Shown: positions 12,830 to 27,400, numbered from the whole stretch's first letter. The stretch is DNA of 63,489 bases, filler included, from Reticulomyxa filosa (GCA_000512085.1; 22 parts of 22 records of this genome joined end to end with filler, not necessarily neighbours in it), one strand, 5' to 3'. Program-made: numbers and translations. The notes: a model not told the origin generated them from the letters alone.

Positions 12830-15672
12830 GCGCTCAATGGCAGTGGTGATGGTGACAAAACTCAGTCTATGTTCTTCATTGTCAATTGTTGGACTGAATT
12901 GTTTCAAAGTGTTGGAAGCGTTGGGCCCTGCTGGATGGATATGTGGATAACATCATTGTCAGCAATCGAACGTATTACGTTTCTTCACCTCACGAAGACG
13001 CGTTGCTATGATTACAAATCGTTCGGTTACCAAAAACCGAATCATTCGGATTCGCGAAGTGGATATATTGAAGTTGGAATTGATCATTGAAAACGAAGAC
13101 AGGCTCAAGGAATTTGCGACGAATGAATTGTTTGCTGACGTGGAAAAATTTGACTTTGACATGAGGAGCGACAAAAGTATCGCTACTTGGCAACGATATT
13201 GCGTCAAGTGCATCCCCTGATGCAGGAGAGCATATGGATGAAGCATGGCACTGCTGCAGCTTCCCAACGATAGATCAATCTTTGTGAGATTGTTTGGAGT
13301 GTTTGTATAACAAGTGCTTGCAATCGGTATTCCAAAATCTGAAAGAGAATGGGATCATGCATGATTATGATCAATTCCAAGAAGCATCGCAGATTGGCGA
13401 GTAGATGTTTGAAGAATTCCAATTCATTTGTGGAAAAGAAGACAGTCGTCAGTCCACAAGTCGAAATAGCAATGCGGAAATCAGAGATTGGAAAAACATG
13501 GCTTACAAAGGATTAACATTGAAAATTGGAGCCAGACATTTGAGTTGCGACGAAACAGATTATACGGTAGATCGATTACGCTTGGATTGACGGATGAACA
13601 AAGACATAACAATCGAGTTCATTGTTTTTTGCAATAGGTATTTGCAAAGAGATCTATTCACTTGGATTGGATTATTGGAAAAAAGGTAGACGTTTGGGAA
13701 CATCATCATTCAAACTACCTGCCAACGAGTCCATTCAAAACTTTGCGACAATGCAAAAAGCAATGGAAAACATTATCCGACAAATGAAGAAAGTGTGTCG
13801 AAGATTGAGAGAAAATCTTACATCGACTTGGCATATTTCACAATGAACGAAAGAGCAGATGCTTTTGAAACTTTGGATAAAGATTTGTGCTTCAAAGATG
13901 GATATCGCGACATTTAGCTTCTAAATTCATTTTGCTGTTTTTACATAGGCTGGATTCGAGTCTGCAAAATGTCATTCCCGTCGTACACGAATGGGAACAA
14001 ATTTTGATGAAAGTATCAAACGGCGATCACAGCGGCGACTAGAGGGATGGCTTCGTATTTGGAAACATTCATTGTGATGGCGTTGGAATATTTTGGTAAG
14101 ATTATATCAAATCAGTCCAGACAATCTAGATCTTGGCGCCACCCGACTATGAAGTCAAGATTGCCAAGACAAAAGAAAACGAAGACGTGGTCTCGCGCAA
14201 AGTGGTAACGATATAGACATTACGGCGGCAGCGATTGGATGGACCGAAGAAGAGGAAGACAATGAAGAAAATGGTAAGGACGTTGTTAGAAAATATTAAT
14301 GAGCAAATCACGACGTCCGAAAATCGCTCTATGTGTGAATGGCTCAATTTGTTGGAGGAATTGTGCAAAATGCAAGCCAAGATCACTGGCAAAAAGGCGA
14401 AGAAAGTGGATTCCAAGAGTCTGGAGGCTATATAGTATTGAATTTATTTTTTTTTAAAAAAAACAGTATGTATGCTTTGTAGCGTTTGGTTATGGAATGG
14501 CTCGCATTCGAGTGGCAATTTTGTGCGTTCTTAGATATAGACGAACTTTCTATAGCGCGCCTCAATAGAAGTTGTTGGACGAGTATGATAATATCAAATA
14601 CAATAATAACACAAAACATTGGAAAAACTTCGCCATCAACATAAGCATAGACTAGTATCTGCGGATGATTCTTCTTCAGGAACAGCAACAACCGTATGAG
14701 TAATTCGAATGAAATTCAGTCTATCACTGCAACTTTACATGACATAGCAAAATAAAAAAATAGGTACAAACATCAATTGTTCCTTTATGACATGGGCTAT
14801 TTGTGATCTCACATTCATTTATGCTTCATGCAATGAAACTGCACACAAATCCGACAATTTACACGTGTGTTCATACCTATTCACAACGCAGGATCTTTTT
14901 TTATTAAAATAAAAAATAAACAATAATGGATACATGTATAATATGTGTATGCATAGACAAATGCCGACAATAAAGTGAAAACTGTGGTTAGAAGCGGTAA
15001 TAGCATTGTGTAAGCTGTTTGTGGCATGTATATATCTGATACTTTGCGTAATAGGAAAAGCTTGGCCATTTCAAGTGATTTCGCTAGGTTCGTATGCTAT
15101 CACGCTCAAAAAAAAGAGACAAGTGCATCACTTGTTGCTTTGCAAAAGCAAAGTTCGATGATAAACCTACTTTTGGGACAAGCTGCTCCTGGTGTTGGCA
15201 TGACTGCTACAAAACAACCAACAACAAAGATCACGACGCAGAACTCTTCCATGGATTCAAACAGTGGTTGTGCGTCATCCAATTCCAACGGTGCGATAAC
15301 GGCGCCAAGAAAGAGCTAATAAAATAGCGATATCAGAATCGGAACAAAGTTTGGAAACGTTAGCGGAACAACAAGACGACATCCGGCCGCACAAGACTGA
15401 AAAAGAATATAATAATTGTACCCCCTTGGATCGCCAGTCCAATCATCACAAGGGCGACGAAAACGGATGGACTTTGTATTTGGAAAGCATCCATGGACAA
15501 GATTCTATCAAATAAATCCCGAACAACCTTGATTTCGTAGTCGGGTGGCACCAAGATCCAGTTTACCAATATAAAAGAATATGAAAACGTGATGATATCA
15601 CGCAAAGTGGCAACGATATGAACATTATGGTATCACAACGGCGGCAGCAACGGGATTTACCGAAGAAATAGA
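12830..15672 (+). pseudogene. Decayed copy of a multi-copy large-protein family (possibly RNF213/mysterin-like pre-AAA region), with an internal duplication
   Basis: Broken reading frames (LELIIENEDRLKEFATNELF.., ETDYTVDRLRL, ICKEIYSLGLDYWKKG, KKVCRRLRENL..TMNE). 14020-14260 is duplicated at 15450-15672 and has homologues on two other contigs. Confidence 0.55.
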
Positions 15673-17197
15673 NNNNNNNNNNNNNNNNNNNNNNNNNNNN
15701 NNNNNNNNNNNNNNNNTTAATTAATTAANNNNNNNNNNNNNNNNNNNNNNNNNNNNNNNNNNNNNNNNNNNNCCTTTTTTATTTTTTTTAACGTCCCTTA
15801 TTCGAGAAATTTTTTTATAGTCGTCACATATAATTTCAAACGATATTTTTCGCAAGTGGTCCATAACAAAAGCTATTGTGTAAATAATTTGCGTGGCTCT
15901 GTAATTTAAAATATGCCTCTTAGATAACTCACAAATATTTTGAATGAATTAACATTTCTTACCTTTTAGAAAGAAAACTATTTTTGAAATATACAGAGCT
16001 AACATAAATTATTTTTATAGCATGCATAAAATAGTCAACATTTCCATTTGCTGATTTTGACGGCACAATCACCTGCATTATATATTTAAATTCAGAATTA
16101 AAGAATATAGTTCGTTTAATAGAAAACAACATAAAGTGTGCCCAATTATTTTTAGTACAGTTTTTAATTCGTCAAGTGTACATTCTTCTATTTTTTTTTT
16201 GTGTATAAAAACTACTTTTTTACACTTTCTACAGTAATGTGTAATTTTTAGTATATTTGATTGTATTAGATATCATTTGCCATTTCAAAACATGTTTTTT
16301 GATTGTTTGACAACAAACTATCAAAAAAAAGGAGAAGCCGACTATCATTAAAAAAATAAAAATGAAAAGTTCTTTTTTAGATAAAAAGTATGAAAAAAGC
16401 TCTAATTTCCATTGAAAATAATTTACTCTCCAAACTGTACATTGGTCAGTTGAGATGATAAAAACTTATTGGTTACCAACTTTGATTCTTGTTTATGCTT
16501 TTTTAATCTATTCATACACAAAAAAACTTTGGAAAAAGATAATGTAGACCAATTTTAAATATTTATCATTGTGCTTATGTAAATACACAGTGATTTTTAA
16601 TTGTGTCAAGATAACTAAACGATTGGGACGATGTTTTGACGAAGTACTGAGGGGAAATAAAAATTACTGCCAAAACAAATACAACCGCCAAAGCAGCACT
16701 TGTCATACACTGACGGATTTTGACATAAACTGGATACCATTGCATTTAATTCACTATTTGGTGCCTTTGTTAAAAAAATAAAATCTTACGTTTAACAGGG
16801 GCGTTGTAACTCAACAGTCTTCTCTTCATTTGTTTACGGTCTTACATAAATTTTTTACGGCCTTAAATAAATATTTAAAAAAAGCGCATTTATCATAAAA
16901 TAACAGTTTATTGCATGCAGCCGTTATATCAATGCGATGAAACGAACTTACAACTTTTTAATTCGATGTCAGCCGATTTAAAAATGTGTACATTATTCAA
17001 ATTTCAAGCAGAACTTTAAATTGCTGTCTTCAGTACAAAAACTTTGGTGCGCAATAGCTGTGATTAATAACTTGTTACAGATTGAGTGATCAAATTAAAA
17101 ACGTGTGACTTGAACTGAGTTATAGGGAATTGAAAAATCTAGATGAGCAGGACAACCAAGAAAAAGAAGTTACAAAACAATAAATAGTGGAAGCAAG

Positions 17198-17579
17198 ATG
17201 TCTCGACATATAGATCAACAAAGCAAATCATCATATCTTCCGTTAGTTCAAGAGCCCTCGAATATGAATTTAGTTCAAACAATCAACCGTAACAGTGGCA
17301 GCCTTTCAACAATTTCGAATGGGTTCATTGAAGACGTGGGAAACCGCAGACCAAGTGCAATAGTCCGCTCTGAAGAAAACCAGGACAATACTTTCAAAAA
17401 CAAAATAGTTGCGATAAACAAACAAACAAGATGGGAAAAAAAAAGCTAATAGCACACATCAAAGAAGGGAACAGATTAAAGAGTGCACTTGATAAAAATT
17501 CTACTACGTACACTCCAAAGAAGGGGAGAGAAAGGGGAAAAAAAGAGAGATTGGGAGGCAATGAAAAGAAAATTTGTGT
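17198..17579 (+). CDS. 5' exon of an unknown protein (3' partial)
   Basis: ATG ORF after an AT-rich intergenic stretch; continues in the next frame after a shift in the A-run at ~17436-17444. No recognisable domain. Confidence 0.4.
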
Positions 17580-17683
17580 NNNNNNNNNNNNNNNNNNNNN
17601 NNNNNNNNNNNNNNNNNNNNNNNTTAATTAATTAANNNNNNNNNNNNNNNNNNNNNNNNNNNNNNNNNNNNNNNNNNNNAAAA

Positions 17684-17721
<38 letters not shown>

Positions 17722-17787
17722 TTCTTCTACCCTCCTTATCTCATCATCTTCAGCTATTCCATTTATGTAAATACTTAATGTGTACAG

Positions 17788-18319
17788 AACCTTCCTAAGA
17801 TATTTTCTGTTAATTGGTTCCGAAAAGACAAAAATAAATTTTTGTGGCCTGGATATGGGGAAAATGCTCGTGTCATCAAATGGATTTTTGAACGTTGTGA
17901 TCAAGAAAGGTGTGCGTTATTTCGATTTTTATAATCATTAGCACTGTGTTGCTATTTACAAGGATAAGGAAGGGGTAAAGGAGAGGGAGAGACAAGGCTG
18001 TCACGAATTACAAAAAATACTTTGTTTTTGGTTGCTTGGAATCAGCTCTGACGATAGCAATGCTGCGGAAACTCCAATTGGAATGGTCCCCAAATTGAAC
18101 AGTCTGGACTTGAGTGGTATCAAGATGGAAAATGTTAATGAAATTATGCAGAAGGTATTCCATATCAGTGAAAAGGAATGGTTTGCGGAAGCAGAAAAAT
18201 ATGAACAATTTTATGAAGAGTTTGGGGACAGACTTCCTAAAAAATGTTTACAGCAATTGGAGAATTTGCGAAACCGATTGACAAAGCACACCGAAAAAAA
18301 TACAACCAAAACAACTTAA
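17788..18319 (+). CDS. PCK: Phosphoenolpyruvate carboxykinase (GTP), last two exons
   Basis: [37 protein letters not shown] and ETPIG.VP..LDLSG..W..E..FGDRLP; phase-2 intron 17910-18045. Confidence 0.93.
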
Positions 18320-18804
18320 ACTGCTTGTTTCTTAAAAAAAAATATCTCAATTCGTAATGAAAAACTCGTATATTTGGGTTATTTTTCTTTTTTTTGTAAT
18401 TTGCCTTTATGATATGTGTACAATGAGTTACATTGTTGTACCTACTCGATTAAATTATCGTATTAAAACACTTGGTTTAAATAAGATGTACATACTTTTT
18501 CTCTGCATCAAATCTTAAAAAACAGCAATCGCTCAAAGTATAGAAAAAAAAGAAAACTTGAATATCCAAAAAAACGTCGTGTAACTTACTCAATTTATTA
18601 AGAATCGTTTTGTTGAACTCTTGTGCATAATATTCCCTAGCAGAAGCTTAATCACGAAAGTAAGACTTTTCGGATCAAAGTGCACAATATTGAATTGCAT
18701 TAAACGAAACATGACAATTGAGTTTCTAAGTTATTTGATGTAGCAAACCGTTGCAAAGGGAATTTTTTTACAGTTTTTTTAGAAAACATAAAATTAGTTA
18801 AATT

Positions 18805-20640
18805 ATGGATACGAACAAACCAAATGCAGAAACTGCCTCAGAAAATGCCCTTCAAGAAAGACAAACCGAGAATGTAGCAGAAGAAAAAAAGCCTCACAAA
18901 GAAAAAAAGCCAAAACGAGAAGAGATAAACGATGTGCCAAAGAGTGACCGAAGTCCGATGGATGTGCGTGTGGCAGTGATAGGTAACGTCGACAGTGGCA
19001 AATCGACAATGATCGGTGTACTGACGAGCGGAGAGTTGGATGACGGCCGAGGTTCCGCACGTGCCCGGGTGCTACGGCATTCGCACGAGCTCGGTACCGG
19101 AAGAACATCATGTTAATTACGAAGTTGTTTTTTTTTTTTTAAGAGGAAGGAAAAAGAAATTTTTATAGAAAATTCCTGTGAAATTTCCTTTCCAAAAAAA
19201 AAAAAAAAAGGTTCAAGCCAGCATATAGTAGGTTTTGATGACCACCGTAACCCAGTGCATCAACCAATAGCAATAAGCGCTAACGCGAAGCAAAAAACGG
19301 AAGCATGGAAGTCAGTAGTGAAAACGAGTAACAACATAATAACCTTTATCGATTTGGCAGGACACGAAAAGTACTTAAAGACGACAATATCAGGACTGAC
19401 GGGTTGCTTTCCGGACTACGCGTTTATAGTGGTGGGAGCGAATATGGGTATATCAAAGATGACAAAAGAGCACATCCAAGTGGCAGTGGCATTATGCGTG
19501 CCATTGTTTGTGGTGTGTACGAAAGTGGACATAGCACCGGAGACAGTGTTGACACATACCTTGAAGCAGCTGGCCAAGCTGTTGCGGTCGCCGGCATGTA
19601 ACAAGATGCCGATCATAATGAAGCGAAAGAAAGACATTGACACATGCTTCGAGCGAGACAAGTACTTGGAGCGCATCTGTCCCGTGTTTTTAGTTTCGGC
19701 CGTGAAAGGAGAGGGAATGGATCGGCTGAACAATTTTCTGTCCAAGTTGAAGCCAAGACAAGCTTGGAAACACCCCCTTTCCGAAATTTGCGAACAAAAG
19801 AATGCTGAGATTGAGCGAATGCTTCGTGGTGGTAGTGGCAATACCAACACGTCGGCGTCGACGACGGAAGAGAAGAAGGAGACAGCAGAGCCGATATCCG
19901 AAAAGAAAGACAAGAGCTTGAAGCTCAAATCTCAGGAGAATTGGAAATCGATGAAACGTTTGCGGTGAAAGGTGTCGGCATTGTGCTGAGTGGCACAGTC
20001 ACGGCAGGGAAAATCTTCCCCGAACAGGTGTTGTATTTGGGACCTTTTGCCGATTCCACGTACAAAGAAATTGCAGTTCGGTCGATTCATATCAAACGTG
20101 TGCCAGTCGACTTTGCACTCGCGGGCGAGGCTTGCTCCATTGCCTTTCGCTTTGTGAAAAAAAAAGATGTGGTGGAACGCTCGCAAATTCGAAAGGGAAT
20201 GGTCGCCGTCAGTGAGTTGCTTCGACCATTGCCTGTGTGGGCCTTTCGTGCCAATATCCTTGTGTTGCATCATCCTACGCAGATCAATCCCGGATATCAG
20301 CCCGTCGTCCATTGCGGCAACATTCGTCAAACGGTTACCATCCTTCGCATGAGTCAGGAACGACTGCGCTCCGGCGATAGCGCTCTCGTCGATCTCAAGT
20401 TCCTGTCGCAACCCGAGTTCGTTCATCTCAATCGCGCCATTATCATTCGAGAAGGAAACACTAAGTGTATTGGCAAAATCATGCAAGTATACAATACGTA
20501 CGATCCCAGCAACGGCACGTTCACTGATTATATTAATGCGTTGGAAGGAAATGAACAAAAACAAAAGGAAGGTACTGCTATTACTTCTACTTCTGCTACT
20601 GCTACTACTGCTACTGCTGCTACTGCTGCTACTGCTGTTG

Positions 20641-20672
<32 letters not shown>

Positions 20673-20996
20673 GCTGGCGTGAGCACCAACACAAATCAAA
20701 CAGCTGCCAATCCTACTTCATCGAATGCTACTGATACAAAAGTCGATGTTCCACCCAAAGACAAGGATAGATCCAATTCCACTGCAACTGCATCGGCTTC
20801 AGCCGCTAAATCCAGAGGCAAAGGCAAATCGAATAAACACACTAAATCCAATGAAGCTGCGGACAATCCCGCCAATGGAGACAATAATGACGCTCATAAT
20901 GCAAAACAAGGTGGTGGCAAATCACGACCTAAAAAGTCTGCAAAAGACTCCAAATCAAAAACTGACAAACATACCAAACATGAAAATAAAGAGTAA
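18805..20996 (+). CDS. GTPBP1/2: GTP-binding protein 1/2 (GP-1 family translational GTPase)
   Basis: [43 protein letters not shown], domain [13 protein letters not shown], domain [22 protein letters not shown]. Intron 19112-19210; one frameshift near 19900; low-complexity C-terminal tail. Confidence 0.93.
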
Positions 20997-21469
20997 TCTC
21001 TCGTTTTTAATTAATGCCAATAACCCTCTCTCAAACTTTGAAAATAAATCCAACACTAAAACAAACTTGTTGTTTGTGTGAAGTTGTCGGAACTACTTTG
21101 TTAAACGTGCCACTGTTGCTTTTTTTTCCCCCTTTTCCCCTCCTTCTTCCCTCTTTAAAATGTTTGCTTCCAGTTATATGCCATCTTTGGTCTATCTGTG
21201 AAGTAAGCAAAACAAAAAAACCAGTCAAACTTTTCAAATTGTGCTGGAAATAAAAGTTTTAAAACGCAATTACAACGATTTTCGTTTCTTTTACTCACTG
21301 TCTCTCCTCATTAAGTGCATCCTTCGCCATTCCCTGCTATGTATCAATCAAAGGCAATTTTATTATTTCTTATTTTTAAGACAAAAAAAAAGGGATCAAT
21401 AGTGAATTTTATTTTTATATACAGTGATAATATTTGATATTGGGTCGTCAGTTAGCAATTAAAGCCCTA

Positions 21470-24400
21470 ATGCTGAAAATGTTTTCGTTGAAAAGATTTT
21501 CTCAGTACAAATATCTACACATATATTCCCGAAGGAAGGGTCTTCGTGAGCGCTGCTTTTTGCAAGGGCTTCCTTTGATCCCACAAGTAAGACAAATGGC
21601 GATCAGGAGAGAGTTAAAACAGACAGGATCATCCAAAGAAATGAGTGCAACGGTACCGTGTGTACAATTAAGCGCAAAAGAATTTGCAAAAGTGCATGAA
21701 GAACTATTGAACACCGACATATACCGAGAGCATAAGATAAATTTGTATCTTGCATCCAGCACCAATGTGCAGCCTTTGCCAATAAAGTTGATCAAGAGCG
21801 ATACGAGCGCACTTTTTGACGACAGATATCCATTCATTCAAGTTCACTTCCCTCAGTACGGATCAAAACAGCGCGAGTTTAGCTGATATTTTTTTGCATT
21901 TCTTTGAAATTTTCATCCCTCCCTTGTTTGTTCTGGAACATGGCCATGAAATTTCCAGAAATTTGGAATAGTAATGAGATACAATACATATGTATATATT
22001 GTGTACTTTGAATGATAAAAAAAAGACAATTTGTGGAAAGATGCAAAAGAATGCTTGGAAAGGATGTGGAATGGATAGAAGCGGATAGTCAAACAGGCCA
22101 AGCGATAATGCGGCAAGTGTTAGAAAAAGAAGAAGCGATAAGGGTTGACAAAGTGATTGAAAATTTGATGAACGCACGAGTGAAGGTGCCGTACTTTGAC
22201 ACGTCCAAATGGCAAGAGCACAATTGGTGGAGGAAAAGAGGTCAAATTACAGATTGGAATCGGGCGCTTGAAAATAGTTCTTTTGGATGGCTAGTCAATC
22301 ATTTTTACCAGCACATGGACTGGCACATGAGTGAGGATTACGATACACTGTTGATTACATTGAGACAAAAGAGCAGTCATGACACCACTGCTAGAATGCA
22401 AGCATTTTGGGACCAGAAAGATGATCATCTTAATGCCTCTATTATGCTCAAAAACTTTGTCTCTTATTTGCACAACAAGCTGACAAGCGTTGATCCAATG
22501 TCGTCTGATCATGTCCCATTACTTACACAGCACATCGTAAGTCATCGGCTTTATTTGGAAGTGTCGCCTCTGCGTCCATGGCAGTCCAAACTTTATAAAA
22601 GCCGAGTTAGTATATCTTTTTTTATACATGTATATATGTTATATAAATAGACAAAAAAAAATTAGACTGATTGGCTAACGGACAAAGTATCATCAATAAC
22701 ATACTTGGCACACAACAAAATGGATAACATACTGTCAATGGAAGAAATCAATCTCAAATGCAACTTGCCGTCAAAGGTCTTGTATTCGTCGATGTTTTCA
22801 CGATTGACATGGAAGCACTCGATCGATACGACTACGCTGCAACGCAATGTATACGTGTCGGAATACATAATCCCTGCTCAGAAATCGGAGCCAATTAGGG
22901 ATATTTCTCGTAATCGTAATGTGGAACAACAACAACAACAACAACAACAAGAACAGCAGCAGAACATTGAAACATTCAAGAACGCAACTCGTGAGTTCTT
23001 AACACGACGCATTACCAGTGACAATCAAATGGTATTTTTATCGGACCTAATAATATGGCTGCAAAGCACTCAGCAACAATTGCCCTCTGGAGTTCCATTG
23101 ATTCCATTCCTTCTTTCGCATTTGAATGTCTACCCCTTGCCTTGGTTTTATCAGAACGACATGTTTTCCAAATATCACTCCAAAAGGTCACTGTTGATGC
23201 AATGTGATTATTTGCTATTTCCATGCTCAGTTTTGTTTAGTTTCCCTCCTCTTCTCAAGTTGTTTTAATATTTGAAATTCATTGCAATTTCTATGGATGT
23301 TTGTGGCTTTGGAAAAAAAAAAAAAAAAAAGATTGAGTGGACTCCAAAGTTGACCAATTATGCGTATATTGTATTGCTAAGCAACATATTCAAAGAATAT
23401 CAAGAAAAGCAGATGATTATGAGAATGGGCATGGGCAAGAATGAGCATAGAGACAAGTTACCAGCGATGCATAACGAGGATTTTATCGCGTTGCTGCGTT
23501 ACAACAACTACTTGCCACTGGAAGTGAGAAGGAAGTTTCGCTATTGGAAGCGAACGCCATGGGTCCGCACAAACGAACGCACGCGCCAGTTTTCGCTGGA
23601 CAAGCAAGCCATTGACAAGTTCTTACGCGAAGATTGGAATCTCGGCCAAGTCACAATACCGCACGAACATGACACTGTCCATGACATCGCCAAAGTCAGT
23701 GCGAAAGATCCCTCCAAAGTCCTAAATCAAGTCCTTCCTCGAGAAGATTTGGAGTCCATTGTAAAACTGACCGTGCAATCAGCATTGAAGCATGTCTTGC
23801 CACTCACTAGCAACAATAATAATAATAATAATAATAACAGCATTGAAAAGCAAAAAAAAACCAAACAAAAAAAGGAAAAAGAAAAAGAGTTAGAAATAAC
23901 AACGAGCGATGAATTGGAACGGATAAAGAAGATGCCGGCGATGCGTGCGCTTTTGAAATTGAATCGAGGGACGAGCGATGAGCCTGTGTTATCCCCGTTT
24001 TTGCTGTTGACATTTAGCAATGATACATTGAAGGTGATGCTGTCCGAGAGCTTGCGCAGACACCATTTTCAATCGTCGCTGGACATTGCCAACTTTTTAA
24101 TCGAACGCAATGTGTCACTGCTAGCGAGTCATTACATCGGATTGATTCGGCTCTTGCTCGCCGGAGACGTCGAGGGCACACGCAGGGAACTGCGAGAGCA
24201 TACAAGCATCGAGCTGTGGCACGAACTGTTGGAGCGGCATTGCAATAAAGCACAATCGGCTGGTGCACATGCGATATTATTGGAGCCGAGTATGATCAAG
24301 GTGTTGCGGACGCTGCCAGACGAACAATTTTATGAATTGCTTCGCTCCGTGTTAGAGCCGACGTGGAAAGATCGCAAAATGCTCTCTTCTTTATTATTAC

Positions 24401-27400
24401 CATCCTCGTCTTCATCATCATCATCGTCATCGTCATCGTCATCGTCAACAGGTACAGAACAATCCAACGTAAGCAAATCCACGGACATTATGAAGCAAGA
24501 GCTGCTTCGGGTGCTGACGCAGTACATCCAAGAATATAACGACCTCCCCTTGGCCGAATGGCTGCATTCACAACACTTCCAAGATATCAAGTTTATGTAT
24601 TGGAAACAAACGGGCTTGGTGTTGGCTGCAGTGCTGGCCAGAGACGTAGACAAGCCCACCAATGAGTACAACTCTGCCATTGAATGCCATTTGGACTCGT
24701 GGGAACAATTACTCACTACAAATTCGAATTCAAATTCAAATTCAAATTCAAATTTGGAATCCGGCTCTTATTCTCATTCTCATGCTAATTCCAACTTTGA
24801 AAAGTCCGAGCTTCAACCTTCTTCCAATTCAAATTTCAATTCCTATTCTAATTCTAATTCGACACAACGCTTTTCCGACTCACAACGACAATGGGTATTT
24901 TATCAACTGCAACAACTTATTCGAAATGCCGCTCTCAATTTGTATCAAACCATTTCGTTTTCGGTCTTAACCAAACTCCTGCATTGCTATAGTACCTTTA
25001 TCACTTCTCCTGCTTCGCTTCCGCTCTCCCATCACACCACCGATAGATTGCACCTGTTGTGTCAACGTGTGTGTCGTCAAATGGAACTGGAACAGAAAAA
25101 CGCACATACACATGCAAAAGAAATAAGTGTCCACACTACACAAAAAGATCAGAGTCATATATTGGACAGAAAGCAAAGATTAATTGAACTGATGACACTA
25201 TGCAAACTAAACCCGCAGGTGATTGAATCACCACTTCTCTCGGAGGTGCCATTTAATCATAACAACGAAGTGGAACACTACATTGAAATTCGGTCAGCGA
25301 AAAAAAAAGGATATGTAAAAAAAGCGGCTATAAACTATCTCTTGTTACAATCGTTTGCAAAGGACGATGGTATCGATAGTATCGAAAGTTGGAGTCAAAT
25401 GGAAACCAACGATACACTGAAAACCCGGCTACTCTTGCATTTGTATACGTACTTGCATAGAGAAGAAGTTGTTTATCCTAATACGGTCCGCAAAATCCTT
25501 TCCGCCATCATCCGACGCTGTGATAACACCGCTTGCGGATTGCTACTTCTCGAAGATTTGCTAAAACAAAAACAGTTCAAAGACCTTGTTCACTTAGGGT
25601 ATTTGCATATATTATTGGATAATGGATCAAAGCGACATTACATCAGTAATGACAACAATGATAATGATAATAATGATGATACTAATAATAACGATAATAA
25701 GACCAATGTCAATACAGTTAACAGATCTGGATCGAATGTGAACAAACACAACGTTTGGTTTCTAGTAAAAAGAGTACTTGATCTCATTATTTCCAATAAA
25801 CAATATTCGATCAATAATATTGTCACTTTTCAACTGTTAATTGAATTTTGCATTCGCAACGACATTTGTCACGGACTGATTGACTCTTTGCAATTGCTGC
25901 AGGATTATCACTACTTGCAGTTGGCCAATGTTCATTCGAATGGAGGCAGCCATTCCAGTGGCACCTTTCTCACTCACTTGCCAATGTCCACATGCGAGTC
26001 CATTTTCCAATATATTGCCACCAAGGCTCCTTCTGCCGGTTCACCACGATATATGCATTTATAACGCACACTCCATATTTTCTTGTCTTTTTATGAGTGC
26101 ATGCACATATTTTGCTTATTGATTAATTATTTCTTATTTATGATAGGAATTCAATTGTTCCAGATATTGTCAAACGGAAACGAAAAAAAAATGAGCATAA
26201 AATGTTACTATCATTTGTTATTGCCACATATAAAGACATTGGAGCAAAAGGATCCAAGTGCGTCTCACGAGGAAAGAGAACAAGCACATACATTGTTTCA
26301 TCATGTGTATGAATTAATGATCTCAAATAAAATGAGTGCTAAAGAGTATTGGGATACGGATATATTCAATTTGTTTATTCGCTACAATGCCATTTGTTGC
26401 AAACAAAAAACAATAAACAGTGACGATGATGATGATAATTACAATGATGTATTACCTGATGACATTGAAATCTATTTAAACAAATCTATTGCACTAGTTC
26501 GTGAAATGCATCAATATGGAGTCGCTCTAAATTGTGATACCTTTAATAATTTGATACGGCATTGCTATGAGGATGACAACGATTACTTGGGTTACATCAC
26601 GGAGCAGTTGCATGTGATGATGGATAATTATAACATCTCACCAAATGAGGACACTTACCTATTATTGTTGGAGCATTGTCGCAAACATAACCATGTGAAA
26701 GTAGCTGAACGTATAATTGATGAATTGTCCGATGAAAAAAGCTTGCTACTTAAAAATTTCAAACTGGCATTCGTCTATTTACAAATATTTGAAGCACACG
26801 ACAATGCACCAGAATTGATCCAACAAAAGTTATATCGATTGTGTGAAGCCATTCCACAGTTACGAGAGAAAATGATCCGTGATCGTTCTTTCGTTGACTG
26901 GCTTTGTGTCATTTATTGCGATCATGACCACTTTTCAACATTGAATAATATATTCGAATTTTTAACTCAACCTTTGCCCGATAGCAATGAAGGTCCTCTT
27001 TATTTGACAAGTGAGAACATTGAATCCTTTTGTCATGTGTTGGACTGTCTCGAACAATATAAGGATGATTTCGAATTGAATGAATTGCATACATTGTTTT
27101 GGAATTTTGCTAATTTTTTTGGAAATGCCGATCTCAATACAAATCAGTATTTTTGTCAATATTTCCTCAAGATTTTTCTCAGGAGGCACCATCCTCCTTC
27201 TGCTTCTTTTGTATATGACGATATTCGAAAATTTATGTCTTGTGGGGTTCAATTAGATGAACACACTATTCGCCAATGGCTTGTCACTGATCCTTCTTTC
27301 GCTGCAAACTCCACGATCAATAATTTTGTTCATTATTTCAATCGCTCTTTACACCAACAAAAACAAAGGAGATTGGCGGCATCATTACCTTCAAAGTTTT

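Noticed and set aside
10526-19904. Programmed ribosomal frameshifting in the giant GTPase and GTPBP (also the PKD1-like gene and CWC24)
   Set aside because: The breaks fall in short homopolymers, go in both directions, and lack a common slippery-site-plus-stop or structure signal. Homopolymer sequencing error is simpler; raw reads would decide.
19932-20699. Long antisense ORFs (255 aa here; also 27867-28466 and 39832-40449)
   Set aside because: Shadow frames of real genes on the opposite strand, helped by trinucleotide repeats.
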